64,000 bases of DNA, taken from contig NC_043010.1 of NCBI RefSeq assembly GCF_006345805.1, positions 12,152,001-12,216,000 on the forward strand, read 5' to 3'. Shown here in pieces: positions 11,683 to 24,560 of this stretch. A program made the position numbers and the translations under genes. The DNA is from Octopus sinensis (Eukaryota). Each line of letters begins with the position of its first letter. Positions within the stretch are counted from its first letter, which is position 1. The notes beneath the pieces are model-generated. The model was not told the DNA's origin. It searched no databases and was given only the letters and a program-made list of their open reading frames with translations.

Positions 11683-14600
11683 TACGAACCTACACCAACC
11701 CTTCCTGCCATCGTTCCTCCTTACCCCAACCTTCCCCACTGGTGCTCCCCTATATTACCCGCATCCCCTCTACTATCTCTCCCTCTCTTTTCACTGGTGA
11801 AACCTTTCTCAGCTGGACCCCCCCCAACTCAACTCTAGAATATCTGTATTTTTCCTCCTTACTACGCTACCTAATTACGTTACTCAGTGACGATAACGAA
11901 TGTCCACTGCTAACACCAGCTCCTGTCCACGGCGTGGACAGGTCGGAAGAGAGATCAAAAGAAAAATGCCACGAAAACTATCACCACCACAACAACCCTC
12001 CTCTTCTCAGGCGCTGAATTCCCCCCCTCCCCCCACATCTCCTTCCCAGTTTTCAGAGTTGGCACTATCAATGTTGGTACATTGACAGGCAAGTCTAGTG
12101 AGATTGTAGAGATGCTAGAGAGAAGACAGGTTGATGTATGCTGCATACAAGAGATAAGATGGAGAGGTGCTTTGGCTAGGGTTCTCACGGGCAAGGCACT
12201 TAGGTACAAACTCTTCTGGCAAGGTAACGTGGAAGGTGTAGGGGGTGTAGGCATTCTCCTTGCGGAGAAATGGGTGGATAAGGTCATAGAGGTTGTCAGG
12301 GTTTGCGATAGAGTGCTTAAGCTCAGGTTGGTCCTACAGAGTGGCACAGCTATGATTATCTCCGCCTATGCCCCACAAGCGGGACTACCAAATGATCAGA
12401 AGGACAACTTTTATGATACCCTTCTGCAGGCTACTTCAAAGACTAGTAGCAAGGACCTCATCTTTGTAGGTGGAGATTTTAATGGGCATGTTGGGCGGGA
12501 ATCGGGTATCTTCACTGGGGTACATGGTGGCTATGGTATTGGCACCAGAAATGATGAGGGAACTAGACTGCTGGAATTCTGTGATGCATGTATCCTTTCA
12601 ATCTGCAACATTAACTTCAAGAAGCCAGTCTGCCACCTTATAACTTATCAGTCAGGAGACTCCGCTAGCCAAATAGACTTCATCCTCACCAGACAGCGGG
12701 ATGCAGGGTTGCTCTTGAATACAAAGACCCTCCCGGGTGAAGAATGTATCCCTCAGCATAGACTAATCATCAGTGACTTTAAGCTTGAGGCCAGAAGGAC
12801 TCCAAGAAACAAACCAATCCAGAAAAGAAGGATTTGGAGGCTAAAGAACCCTTCACATGGTCAGAAATTTAGGGACATACTCATCAAGAAATTTGATGAG
12901 AGGGAGGAGGAGCTTCAGACGTCAGACATAGAAGGTAGCTGGGAATTCCTACGGGACAGCTTGCTGAGTGCCACAGACCGAGTCTGTGGATGGTGCAAAG
13001 TCCCTTCCAGACCTAGAATTACATGGTGGTGGAATTGTGCAGTAGATAAAGCCATCTGTGAAAAGAGACGGGCCTGGAAAGCCTGGAAGGATGGGGGCAG
13101 CAGGGAACTGTACCAGATAGCCAAAAGGGAGGCTGGGCGGCAGGTATACATAGCCAAAGATGTAGCAGAAAAGAAGAAGTTTGCCAATGTCCAGCGACAC
13201 GAGGATCAAAGAGCTGAAGTATTTCGGATTGCCAGACAGTGTGTCAGAGAAAATAGTGATGTTATAGGAGAGAAATGTGTCCGCATGGATGATGGGGCAC
13301 TTGCTTTTACTGCTAGTGAAAAGAAAGAGGCTTGGAGAAGCCATTATGAAAGACTGCTGAATGAGGAGAATGAATGGGAGGAGGAGAGCCTGCCAAATGT
13401 TGACCCAGTAGAGGGACCAGCTACCCGAATAGAAAGCTCCCTTGTAGATAAGGCAATTAAGGATATGAAACCAGGCAAAGCCCCTGGCCTATCAGGAATC
13501 ACTGCTGAGATGCTTAAAACAGCTGGCTATGTGGGCTATACCATAGTCACCCGCATTGTAAACCAGGTAGTTCACAATGGAGTCATACCCAATGACTGGT
13601 GCAGCAGCACCATAGTCAACTGCTACAAGGGTAAGGGTGATGCTCTAGATAGAAATAACTACAGAGGTATCAAACTGTTGGACCAGGTGATGAAGGTCTC
13701 AGAGAAGGTCATAACCCATCTCATTAGGGAGAGAATTTGTTTTGATGAAATGCAGTTCGGTTTTGTACCAGGTAGAAGCACCACTGATGCTATATTCCTG
13801 GTCCGACAACTGCAGGAGAAGTACCTAGCTAAAGATAAACCCCTCTACATAGCTTTTGTAGACTTGGAGAAAGCCTTTGACAGGGTTCCCCGTTCCCTTA
13901 TCTGGTGGTCGATGCGGAAACTGGAGATTGAAGAAGGCTAATAAGGGCTGTACAGGCTCTATACAGAGAGGCTGTCAGCAAGGTTAGGATTGGCAACGAA
14001 TATAGTGAAGAATTCCGGGTAGAAGTAGGTGTGCACCAGGGCTCAGCCCTCAGTCCCCTTTTATTCATCATAGTCCTTCAGGCAATAACAGAGGAATTCA
14101 AAACGGATGCCCCTGGGAGCTCCTCTATGCCGATGACCTAGCTCTCATAGCAGAATCACTACCGGAACTAGAAGAGAAATTTCGGGTGTGGAAGCAAGGG
14201 TTGGAATCAAAGGGCCTTAGAATAAATGTAGCAAAGACCAAAGTATTAGTAAGCAGCAAGAGGTACTCAGCACACACCCCCTCGGGTAGGTGGCCCTGCT
14301 CAATCTGTAGGAAAGGAACAGGTAGAAACTCCATAAGATGCACCCAATGTAAGTTATGGACACATAAGAGGTGCAGCAACATTAAGGGAAATTAACAGAT
14401 AAGATAGCTTTCATGTGCGGCAGATGCACAGGGACAATAGACACAACAGACACTCAGAAAACAGATTCCATCACACTCCAGGGAGAGAAACTAGAATAGT
14501 TGATAGTTTCCGCTATCTGGGTGACCAAGTTAGTAGCGGAGGTGGATGCACAGAGAGTATCACCACTAGAATACGAATAGCCTGGGCAAAGTTCAGAAAG

Positions 14601-15407
14601 CTCCTACCCCTACTGGCAACAAAAGGTCTCTCCCTCAGAGCGAAAGGTAGATTGTATGATGCATGTGTGCAAACTGCCATGCTTCACGGTAATGAAACAT
14701 GGGCTGTGACTGCAGAGGACATGCGTAGACTTGAAAGAAATGAAGCTAGCATGATCCGCTGGATGTGTAATGTCAGTGTGCACGCAAAACAGAGTGTAAG
14801 CATCCTGAGAGAAATGCTGGATATAAGAAGCATCAGATGTGGTGTGCAAGAGCGACGCTTGCGATGGTATGGTCATGTGCTGCGGATGGATGAAGAGAGA
14901 TGTGTGAAGAAGTGCCACTCCCAAACAGTTGAAGGTATCAGGGGGAGAGGTAGACCCAGGAAGACATGGGATGAGGCAGTCAAGCATGACCTCAGAGCAT
15001 TGGGCCTCACTGAGGCAATGGCGAAGGACCGAGATCTCTGGAGATATGCTGTGACTGCAAAGACCCGGGCTGCTTTCTGCAGCAATTCCACATACCCGCT
15101 ACCCATTCAAAGTACCCCGGATCCCCAAAGTACCCCGGACCCCGTTGCCCCCGTGCCGCTGGCACGTTAAAAGCTCAAACCGATCGTGACCAATGCCGGA
15201 CCCCCCGGCCCCTGTGCAGGTGGCACGTAAAAAGCACCCACTCCACTCACGGAGTGGTTGGCATTAGGAAGGGCATCCAGCCATAGAAACTCTGCCAGAT
15301 CAGACTAGATCCTGGAGCGGCCCCTGACTTCCCAGACCCCGGTCGAACCGTCCAACCCGTGCTAGCGCGGAAAACGGACGTTAAACGATGATGATGATGA
15401 TGATGAT
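11683..15407 (+). mobile_element. Near full-length RTE-clade LINE (~3.7 kb)
   Basis: APE endonuclease, RT, PHD-like finger, 3' UTR and (GAT)n tail. Confidence 0.95.
12082..15070 (+). pseudogene. RTE LINE ORF2 (APE-RT) with about four frameshifts
   Basis: 619-aa open part carries APE motifs (IQE, SAYAP, GDFNGH, SQIDFI, HRL) and RT motifs (NYRGIKLL, QFGF, AFVDLEKAFD). QGSALSP and YADD (14126-14137) lie in shifted frames. Frameshifts near 13935, 14105, 14390 and 14490. Confidence 0.92.
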
Positions 15408-15640
15408 ATATGCGCGTGTGTGTTTGTGTGTCTGTGTTTGTCCCTCTAGCATTGCTTGACAACTGATGTTGGTGTGTTTATGTCCCCGTTACTTAGCGGG
15501 TCGGCAAAAGAGACCGATAGAATAAGTACTGGGCTTACAAAAGAATAAGTCCCGGGGTCGAGTTGCTCGATTAAAAGGCGGTGCTCCAGCATGGCCGCAG
15601 TCAAATGACTGAAACAAGTAAAAGAGTAAAAAAGAGTAAG
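15408..15640 (+). mobile_element. SINE family 2, 3' half
   Basis: Continues the copy at 11491. Confidence 0.85.
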
Positions 15641-16064
15641 AGAATATAAAAAGCGCATTATTCATGGGTTGCTGAAAAGTTCCTGGCTTTAAGGGAATCA
15701 CAAAAGGCCTGGTTGGAGGCCCAACCTTCCATGTTCTTTTACAGGGCTTAGAAAAACTGAACAACCTCTGCAATGTGCATGAATCTGAGAGAGGAATATG
15801 TTGGATAAAATCATGATTAACTGATCCTCCTGTATTTTCTTTTACCCAGAGCCAGGAACTTTTCAGCACCACTTCATGTGTGTGTGTGTGCATGCCTGTG
15901 TGCATACATGTGTGTCAGAGTAAATTTTACCACTTTTCAGACATATGACAATGGAGTGTCAAATAGAATTTAGAAATGAGCATTTTCAACATTTGCTGCT
16001 CCTTATTTTAAATCGCAGTTCCATCCAAACCTGCTGAAGCCACTCAAGACATCAGCTAAATAAT

Positions 16065-16541
16065 AATAATACTAATTAATTCTTTTATTGGCCACAAGGG
16101 CTGACAAAAATTAATTATAACAAAAACGGGACAAAACAGGATGAAAGGTTACAAAGGGTTTTGTCTGTTTGTAAAAAACCGTGTAAAAACAGTGTAACAA
16201 CGAAAAACTCCCAGTAGGGGGAGGCATTTCGAAAGGTTCCTGGTGGAAAAACCCATAAAAGCTAGGGAGCCTGGTCAAAAGGGAAGTAGAGAGCCCTCTT
16301 CTCCTTTTGTAATACCTTTTTAATCAGAGGTGAATCCTCAGAATGGGTCCTTTCATACTGGCCATTCTTGCAACATTTATCCACCTTTCAGTAAACTTGC
16401 TATCGGACAGCACTTCCTTCTCTACTCTCATCTTCCTTTTCAAGTGAAACTTGAAAAAGTTGATGAGGCCTGGACCAAAGAGGAAAGTGTCTGACCTTAG
16501 CCCTTTCAAACGGGTCCACCATACCACCTCTTTCGCTACAG
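16065..16541 (-). mobile_element. 5'-truncated L1/Tx1-like LINE 3' end, copy 1
   Basis: VAKEVVWWTRLK...FHLKRKMRVEKEVLSDSKFTERW...* followed by a 3' UTR and (TAA)n tail. Clade is inferred. Confidence 0.6.
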
Positions 16542-17005
16542 AAATAATAATAATAATAAATTCTTTTATTGGCCACAAGGGCTGACAAAATCAATTATCA
16601 CATAAAAGGGACAAAACAGGACGAAAGGTTACAAAGGGTTTTGTCCGTTTGTAAAATCCAAGTAAAAAAGGCAGTTTAACAACGAAAATATAACAACGAA
16701 AAACTCCCAATAGGGGGAAGCATTACAAAAGGTTCCTGGTGGAAAAACCCATAAAAGCTACGGGAGCCTGGTCAGAAGGGGAGTAGAGAGCCCCTTTCTC
16801 CTTTTGTAATACCTTTTTAAATTACAGGTGAATCCTCAGAATGGCTCCTTTCATACTGGCCATTCTTGCGACATTTATCCACCTTTCAGTAAACTTGCTA
16901 TCAGACAGCACTTCCCTCTCTACTCTCACCTTCCTTTTCAAGTGAAACTTGAAAATGTTGATGAGGCTTTTCAAAAGGGTCCACCATACCACCTCTTTCG
17001 CTACA
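16542..17005 (-). mobile_element. 5'-truncated L1/Tx1-like LINE 3' end, copy 2 (tandem)
   Basis: Diverged direct repeat of copy 1 with the same 5' breakpoint and a ~34-bp internal deletion. Confidence 0.6.
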
Positions 17006-17028
17006 GGAATAATAATAATAATTATTAT

Positions 17029-17060
<32 letters not shown>

Positions 17061-17732
17061 CACACACACACACATACATGTGAGAGAATGAAAGAAAATA
17101 GCAATCAGTACACATAGTTGAAGTTTCCTCTACATGAGAAACAGGTGAGGCTGAGGCCTTTCAGCCATAGAATATCACCTGCCTCAAAGAAATTTATCTG
17201 ACATTTACAAACCTGGAAACGTGAACGTCAAAATGTTCACTGCTGCTGTTGCTGATGATGATGATGATGATGACAACGTGTTTCTATTCATTTCTTTTAA
17301 ATATCCAAAAAATTTGGAGGGAGTCAGTGAAATAGCTCTTGTAAACGGATGATTTGTAACAACATAAAATGTTCTTCCATGCAGTTACCATGGGAGGATT
17401 AAATTTAGATGTGAGCACTTTAAAATAAGAATTTTTGCATCCTAGGAAATCAGAGACAATCTCGAGTACCCTTGTATCAAAAGCATTAAATGCGTCCTCG
17501 GGTCCTCAGGAATTGATACACTTCACGTTGTTAAGAGAGATAAATGTAAGGGAGGCAACTGCGTTAGGGCAGAATGATGATAGCAGTAAAAGTAACGTTG
17601 GTTGCTCTTCGCGATTGAATTTCTGTATAAATTCTGTTGTTTCTTAATAAATTTCATGAATTTATAATATATACAGAAATTTATAAATTTCTGTATATAT
17701 TATAAATATACAAAAATATAAATTTCAGTATA

Positions 17733-18117
17733 GGCGCAGGAGTGGCTGTGTGGTAAGTAGCTTGCTAACCAACCACATGGTTCCGGGTTCAGTCTCACTG
17801 CGTGGCATCTTGGGCAGGTGTCTTCTACTATAGCCTCGGGCCGACCAATGCCTTGTGAGTGGATTTGGTAGACGGAAACTGAAAGAAGCCTGTCGTATAT
17901 ATGTATATGTATATATATGTGTGTGTGTGTGTGTGTTTGTGTGTCTGTGCTGGTGTGTTTATGTCCCCATTACTTAGCGGTTTGGCAAAAGAGACCGATA
18001 GAATAAGTACTGGGCTTACAAAAGAATAAGTCCCGGGGTCGAGTTGCTCGATTAAAGGCGGTGCTCCAGCATGGCTGCAGTCAAATGACTGAAACAAGTA
18101 AAAGAGTAAAAGAGAGT
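17733..18117 (+). mobile_element. SINE family 2
   Basis: Similarity to other copies. Confidence 0.85.
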
Positions 18118-18540
18118 ATACAGAAATTATTAAATTTCAGTATATACAGAAATTTATGAATTTCTGTATAAATTCTGTTGTTTCACCGAATCTCTATTAA
18201 AAGATTTTCCAGATCCTGAAATAAACGCTGAAATTCAGTATTTGTCATCTAATGATACAGTGGTAGAGACTATTTCAATTTTACAGAATATCTTAGTCCA
18301 ATGACACACAGCTGTCTCTATGACTTAGAATTCACAGATTTAGTGTCCCAGTTTGCCTAACTGAAAACCATACCGCATACTCAAATATTCAATGATAAAT
18401 TTTTTAAAAGGGTCAATGTAATAGTCTGGACATATGCCATTCTCTATATTGTTTAGTCTATTTTTGTATCTGTTGCTTTTCTTGCCCCATGTCAGCCGTT
18501 ATTGAGTTGACCAATTATCACAGACATTTCAGCTACCCTA

Positions 18541-18950
18541 ACTCTTTTTTACTCTTTTATTTGTTTCAGTCATTTGACTGCAGCCATGCTGGAGCACCAC
18601 CTTTAGTCGAGCAAATCGACCCCCAGGACTTATTCCTTGTAAGCCTAGTACTTATTCTATCGGTCCCTTTTGCCGAACCACTAAGTGATGGGGACGTAAA
18701 CACACCAGCATCGGTTGTTGTCAAGTGATGTTGGGGGAACAAACACAGACACACAAACATACATACATATAAATATATACACACATATACAAGCTTCTTA
18801 AAGTTTCTGTTTACCAAATCCACTCACAAGGCATTGGTCGGCCCAAGGCTATAGTAGAAGACACTTGCCCAAGGTGCCACGCGGTGGGACTGAACCCGGA
18901 ACCATGTGGTTGGTAAGCAAGCTACTTACCACACAGCCACTCCTGCACCT
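18541..18950 (-). mobile_element. SINE family 2
   Basis: Similarity to other copies. Confidence 0.85.
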
Positions 18951-19367
18951 AGGATAATTTTTTTTGTTTTATATTTTATCACTATATATGTCAAGATTAG
19001 CAGCTTCAATAAATGTAATATTTTGCATCAGTCTAGATAAATTTTTTATCTTTTACTTGTTTCAGTCATTAGACAGCAGGCCATGCTGGGGCACCACCTT
19101 GAGGAATTTTAGTTGAAGGAATTGATCCCAGTACTTACTTTTTTCAAGTCTGGTATTTATTCAATCATACCAACACCATCTGTCGAGCGGTTGAGGGGTG
19201 GGGCACAGACACAGACACAAAGACACACACAAACCGAAAAGATCCAACTGTTGTTATATTCTTCAAATGAGTCTTTCTTAATTGTAATAATTTCCCTTCT
19301 GTGGCTCTAAATCAATATTTCTCAGATTTAACCCAATCCGTTAATTCTAATCAGTTTTTAAGCTTAA

Positions 19368-19758
19368 TCTTTATATATAAAAGTCAAGTTGTGTGTCTGT
19401 CTCCTACGATTTAGATTCCTAACTACTCCCACATTTTGCGGTGCAGTGTAACCAAAGCCGGGTATCTTATAGTTGTGATTCATATCAAGCCCTTCTGGGT
19501 ATTAGCGCGCGTCTACGATGAGTCTACGATTTAAAAAAAAATTTACCATCATTTCTTTCCATTTTAATGCATTTTTTCGCTATTATATAAGGGAAGTAAC
19601 TCTCTAAAAATGTCTACGATGAGTCAACAATTTAAAAAAAAATTTACCATCATTTTTTTCCGATTTTTTTTTGCTATAAATCTCTCTAAAAATGCTTAAT
19701 AATATAAGCATTCCTTATTTCCCTTACAAGCCCGAGCAACGCCAGGCGATACTGCTAG
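19368..19758 (+). mobile_element. Non-autonomous Helitron
   Basis: A|TC...hairpin...CTAG|T. Confidence 0.85.
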
Positions 19759-20056
19759 TAGTATAATAAAATTACGTATTTGTTTTGCAAGATTCTTGAT
19801 GTGAAATCGTGTGTTGAAACAAATATTGTTATTCTTGGGGGATGGACGTATTTTACCAATTATCGGTAGATAGGGATACATACTACTGAAAGACAAAATG
19901 GAATAAGCAGAACAACAGGAAACATGGGGGATAGAGAGTTGTTTAAGGTCACAGGAAACTAAAATAATAATAATAATAAAGCTGAACTGAACACCAAATA
20001 TAAAGTGCATGTCATTAATTGGCAAAATATGGCCATCCCCAAATATAACAACAGTT

Positions 20057-20430
20057 GGATCTTTTCCGTTTGAACAGCAGTTTTTTCTAGCGGTGTCATA
20101 TGAAATTGTCACCCATAATTATGACCCTAGTATCGATCTATTGCATTTCAATCTGTTTTAGGGTTAGGGTTAGGGCCCAATCTGTTTCTTAAACGAGGGA
20201 CATATTCATACGGCACAGAATGTTTTTTTACCTCAATAGACATCAGTGATTGGTTGAAATTGCAGAAATTGAAGAAAAAACAACAACAAATATCTTACAA
20301 ACCATAGAATTTTCTCAATAAAGCCAAGAGAAAAAGATGTTTTATAAACACATTCTACCAGAATACGAAGTTTAAAATTTTTTTAGTTACCTAGAAATTA
20401 TGTTAAAAACTGCAGTTCAAGCCGAAAATT
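20057..20430. mobile_element. GGATCTTTTCGG-family MITE (right TIR degenerate)
   Basis: Homologous to 20894-21311. Confidence 0.75.
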
Positions 20431-20476
20431 ATGATAGAAAAACAACATAATTAGTTACAAAAATATAGGATCAATT

Positions 20477-20775
20477 TTATTCAACTTTATACAAATGTTT
20501 GATACAGTAAATAAGGGCAGCAAATTTATCATTATTTCTGAAGTGAGATCTCCATGTAAATTCTGTTAAATAGGAGTTAAATAATGCTTTGTTATTACTC
20601 GAATGTTTACGTTGCAATTGTTTCTTAACTCTTGGCCACATCCTGTCAATATTTTTAGTGTGGCTTTCTGAATCATTTGGGTTTTCGTAGTCTATATATT
20701 CATGAGTGTATATGCCTTGTTCAATCTGGTCAATTTGAAGATATTCAGCCCATATGTCTGATACGATATGAGTGC
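20477..20775 (-). CDS. Merlin-derived gene A, exon 2
   Basis: Acceptor cattacag|GC. Hand translation is open: (G)THIVSDIWAEYLQIDQIEQGIYTHEYIDYENPNDSESHTKNIDRMWPRVKKQLQRKHSSNNKALFNSYLTEFTWRSHFRNNDKFAALIYCIKHLYKVE*. This completes the Merlin PGT-I-SD-W...HT-NI(E)-W...YL-EF-WR C-terminus in phase. Confidence 0.88.
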
Positions 20776-20893
20776 CTGTAATGAAAGTAATGACATTTAA
20801 TACAGAAATGAAAACTCACATCAACAGAATAACAGATGAAGTGAAAATAGTTTCAATGGAAAAGCAAAAGCAAATCGTACACCAAGAATAAAT

Positions 20894-21311
20894 GGATCTT
20901 TTCGGTTTGAACAGCAGTTTTTTTCTAGCGGTGTCATATGAAATTGTCACCAATAATTATGACCCTACTATCGATCTATTGCATTTCAATCTATTTTAGG
21001 GTTAGGGTTAGGAGTGGGGGGAAGGGTATCTTTTTTTCTACACAAATGTAAATAAACCCAATCTGTTTCTTAAACGAGGGACATATTCATATGGCACAGA
21101 ATGCTGTTTACCTCAATGGACGTCATTGATTGGTTGAAATTGCAGAAATTGAAGAAAAAAAACAACAAATATCTTACAAACTGTGGAATTTTCTCAATAA
21201 AGCCAAGAGAAAAAGATGTTTTATAAACACATTCTACCAGTATAGGAAGTTTAAAATTTTTTAGTTACCTAGAAATTATGTTAAAAACTGCCGTTCAAAC
21301 CCAAAAGATCC
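20894..21311. mobile_element. GGATCTTTTCGG-family MITE, Merlin-like
   Basis: TIR GGATCTTTTCGGTTTGAAC; 8-bp TSD gaataaat/gaatatat; internal TTAGGG repeats. Lies in the intron of gene A. Confidence 0.85.
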
Positions 21312-21589
21312 GAATATATTGTTGTATCTTAGTGGCAACACCTGTTATTAAAAATTTAATCATCACCTATAGAAGCAGTAGCTCATCTTGAAGGAAGGTA
21401 TCTCTAAGTGCCGAGTATAGTGTCAACAAACATATGCAAGTATTACATCATTTTGTACAGTTGCTTCACCTTTGGGAGTAAAAATTGGTGAGCATAGTCG
21501 TTGTTGAGAGAGTTTGCGACATACGCGACAGGTAACACCAGTTATAATTTTTTAAAGGGGATTTTCAAATTTGTCTTTCACTCTTTATT

Positions 21590-21976
21590 CTTTACTCATT
21601 TACTTGCTTCAGTCATTTGACTGCGGCCTTGCTGGAGCACCGCCTTTAGTCGAGCAAATCGACCCCAAGACTTATTCTTTGTAAGCCTAGTATTTATTCT
21701 ATCAGCCTCTTTTGCCGAACAGTTAAGTGACGGGGACATAAACACACCAGCATCAGTTGTCAAGCAATGTTGGGGGGGGGGGACAAACACATATATATAC
21801 ATATACATATATACGACGGGCTCTTTTCAGTTTCCATCTACCAAATCCACTCACAAGGCTTTTGGTCGGCCCGAGGCTATAGTAGAAGACACTTGCCCAA
21901 GGTGCCACGCAGTGGGACTGAACCCGGGACCATGTGGTTGGTAAGCAAGCTACTTACCACACAGCCACTCCTGCAC
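21590..21976 (-). mobile_element. SINE family 2
   Basis: Similarity to other copies. Confidence 0.85.
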
Positions 21977-22353
21977 ACTATTCAATTTTTACTGACAAAC
22001 TTTACTTCCTCCAAAGCAATTGTCAACACCATCTTAGAAATATATTTCTATCTTTACTTGCTACACTATGACAGAAAACACAGGTATCTATTTATTTTCC
22101 TTCTTCACGGTTTGTTGATTCAACATTACAATTTTACAATCCTGTTAAGAATGTTAGAGTTACCTCTCTTAGATACTTAAATGAAAAATATTACCGTAAA
22201 TCCTCGAGTATAGTCCGCCCTTGAGTATAATACGCAGGGGATTTTTAGGGGGCTGTACCTCTGAAAAACCTAAACCTTGTGTATAATACGCACCCCTTCT
22301 CTAACTTGAGTCAAGGAGGTCTATATAACGTCCTTGGTTTGTAAAAATGTATA

Positions 22354-22755
22354 GGCGCAGGAGTGGCTGTGTGGTAAGTAGCTTGCTTACCAACCACATG
22401 GTTCCGGGTTCAGTCCCACTGCGTGGCACCTTGGGCAAGTATCTTCTGCTATAGCCTCAGGCCGACCAAAGCCTTGTGAGTGGATTTGGTAGACGGAAAC
22501 TGAAAGAAGCCCGTCGTATATATGTATGTATATATATATGTGTGTATGTTTGTGTGTCTGTGTTTGTCCCCCTAGCATTGCTTGACAACCGATGCTGGTG
22601 TGTTTATGTCCCCATTACTTAGCAGTTCGGCAAAAGAGACCGATAGAATAAGTACTGGGCTTACAAAGAATAAGTCCTGGGGTCGATTTGCTCGACTAAA
22701 GGCGGTGCTCCAGCATGGCTGCAGTCAAATGACTGAAACAAGTAAAAGAGTAAAG
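22354..22755 (+). mobile_element. SINE family 2 (nested)
   Basis: Similarity to other copies. Confidence 0.85.
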
Positions 22756-23170
22756 ATAGGTAACGTCCTTTATTATTATTGTATATATAGTATAATGCAA
22801 ACGTGTAGGTTTTTTTTCATGCATTTTGTTTGGGGGAAATAAAGAAATAACAGTAATAACGTCAGTGAAAAATAAATATTAAGTAAATTGCCTTTATATA
22901 TTTATCACTATCAGTTACAAAAGCAAAAAACATTTATTCAAATCCTTCAAATTCAACATCACTTTCAGCATCAAATAATTGTTTCATTTGTTCTTCCGTA
23001 AACATGTCAGCATCATTGTAGTATATAAATCTCCGTCGTCGTCAGATTCATAGTCAACATCAGAAGATTCACTTTCATTTATTTCTGAATACTTTTATTT
23101 TAATAAATGTTGCTTACTGCAAGTTATGGATGATTCTTTTATGACTTCATTGCTTTCAGGCTTAGCTTAA

Positions 23171-23391
23171 CCCTTTCGTTACTGTATTTATTTTGAGATG
23201 CTCTGTGTTTCTTTCAATTACTTTGAATATAACAAAGAATTTAGTAAAATAACTTAGTTATCATTCAGCTAATGCTAGGAACATAAATTGTGACTCAGGA
23301 TTGGTAGAAGATTCTAATTCAAGACTTATGAAAACAAGACTTTTGTACTACAGAACCAGAGCCGGTTTCAGCCGGGTTGGTAACAAAAGGG
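23171..23391. mobile_element. piggyBac-like MITE
   Basis: TTAA|CCCTTTCGTTAC ... GTAACAAAAGGG|TTAA; second copy at 32833-33053. Confidence 0.85.
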
Positions 23392-23992
23392 TTAAGATAT
23401 TTTCACACCAGACATCACAAAATGCGTCTGAATAAACATTGTCGGACAGCAAATAGACACTGCTTAGAAAATATTTTTCATTTTTAACCTCGTATATAGT
23501 ACGCACTAGGGATTTTGACCTTTAAATTTCGGGGGAAAAAATGCGGATTATACTCGAAGATTTACGGTACCTAATGAAATATACTGCCTTTTCCTATGTT
23601 CCATTGTTTAGTGAGTCAAGTGAACGATCACTTTTATATAATGTTAAGCTTAATACCCTTGCAATAGATCCTAAAGAGACAACTAGTTCTAGAGCCACAG
23701 TTAAGGCAATCCATTTACAAGCTGGGCCAAGCTGATAAGAAAATAACCTATTTGCGTTGGTGCCATTACACATAGTGACTAACTTTGGTATGGTGTACAA
23801 AACATGCTGCCTGTTTTAAACCATCGTCTACACCTTGGATGCTTTTAAAAAAATTGGTTTTGTTACTAGCAATCCTTTCTCTTATTGCCCTATCAGTCAG
23901 TATATATTCCAACATTCTGTTCATAGCTTGTAGATCTCTCCAACAAGAATGGGATTTGGAGGTAACCCAGTGAAACTACAGAAGTAATAACT

Positions 23993-24379
23993 GGATGGAA
24001 GCACTCCGTCGGTTATGACGATGAGGGTTCCGGTTGATCCGAATCAACGGAACAGCCTGCTCGTGAAATTAACGTGTAAATGGCTGAGCACTCCACAGAC
24101 ACGTGTACCCTTAACGTAGTTCTCTGGGATATTCGGCGTGACACAGAGAGTGACAAGGCCGGCCCTTTGAAATACAGGTACAACAGAAACAGGAAGTAAG
24201 AGTGAGAGAAAGTTGTGGTGAAAGAGTACAGCAGGGATCACCACCCCCTGCCGGAGCCTCGTGGAGCTTTTAGGTGTTTTCGCTCAATAAACACTCACAA
24301 CGCCCGGTCTGGGAATCGAAACCGCGATCCTATGACCGCGAGTCCGCTGCCCTAACCACTGGGCCATTGCGCCTCCACT
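23993..24379 (-). mobile_element. tRNA-headed SINE (long subtype of family 3)
   Basis: TSD agaagtaataact; homolog at 49558. Confidence 0.85.
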
Positions 24380-24560
24380 AGAAGTAATAACTAAAGCACT
24401 TCGGAATTTGAAAAGCAATATCCCTGGTTTCTTTCTCCATTTCACTCAACAAGTTTTTCTTCTAAACATTATAAAACATCTAAGAATCTATCAGTTCGAT
24501 AAAGTTATATCATCTTTCTCTCCACTACTAAATACTAACATAATTTGAATAAAGTGAATA

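Larger units (their letters stand above)
22194..23567. mobile_element. Internally deleted pogo/Tc2-like DNA transposon with nested SINE and piggyBac MITE
   Basis: TA|CCGTAAATCCTCGAGTATA ... TATACTCGAAGATTTACGG|TA. A further one-end fragment lies at ~59260-59430. Confidence 0.75.

Noticed and set aside
19696-20112. 138-aa minus-strand ORF downstream of gene A
   Set aside because: It spans MITE, microsatellite and Helitron boundaries, so it is a composite artefact.
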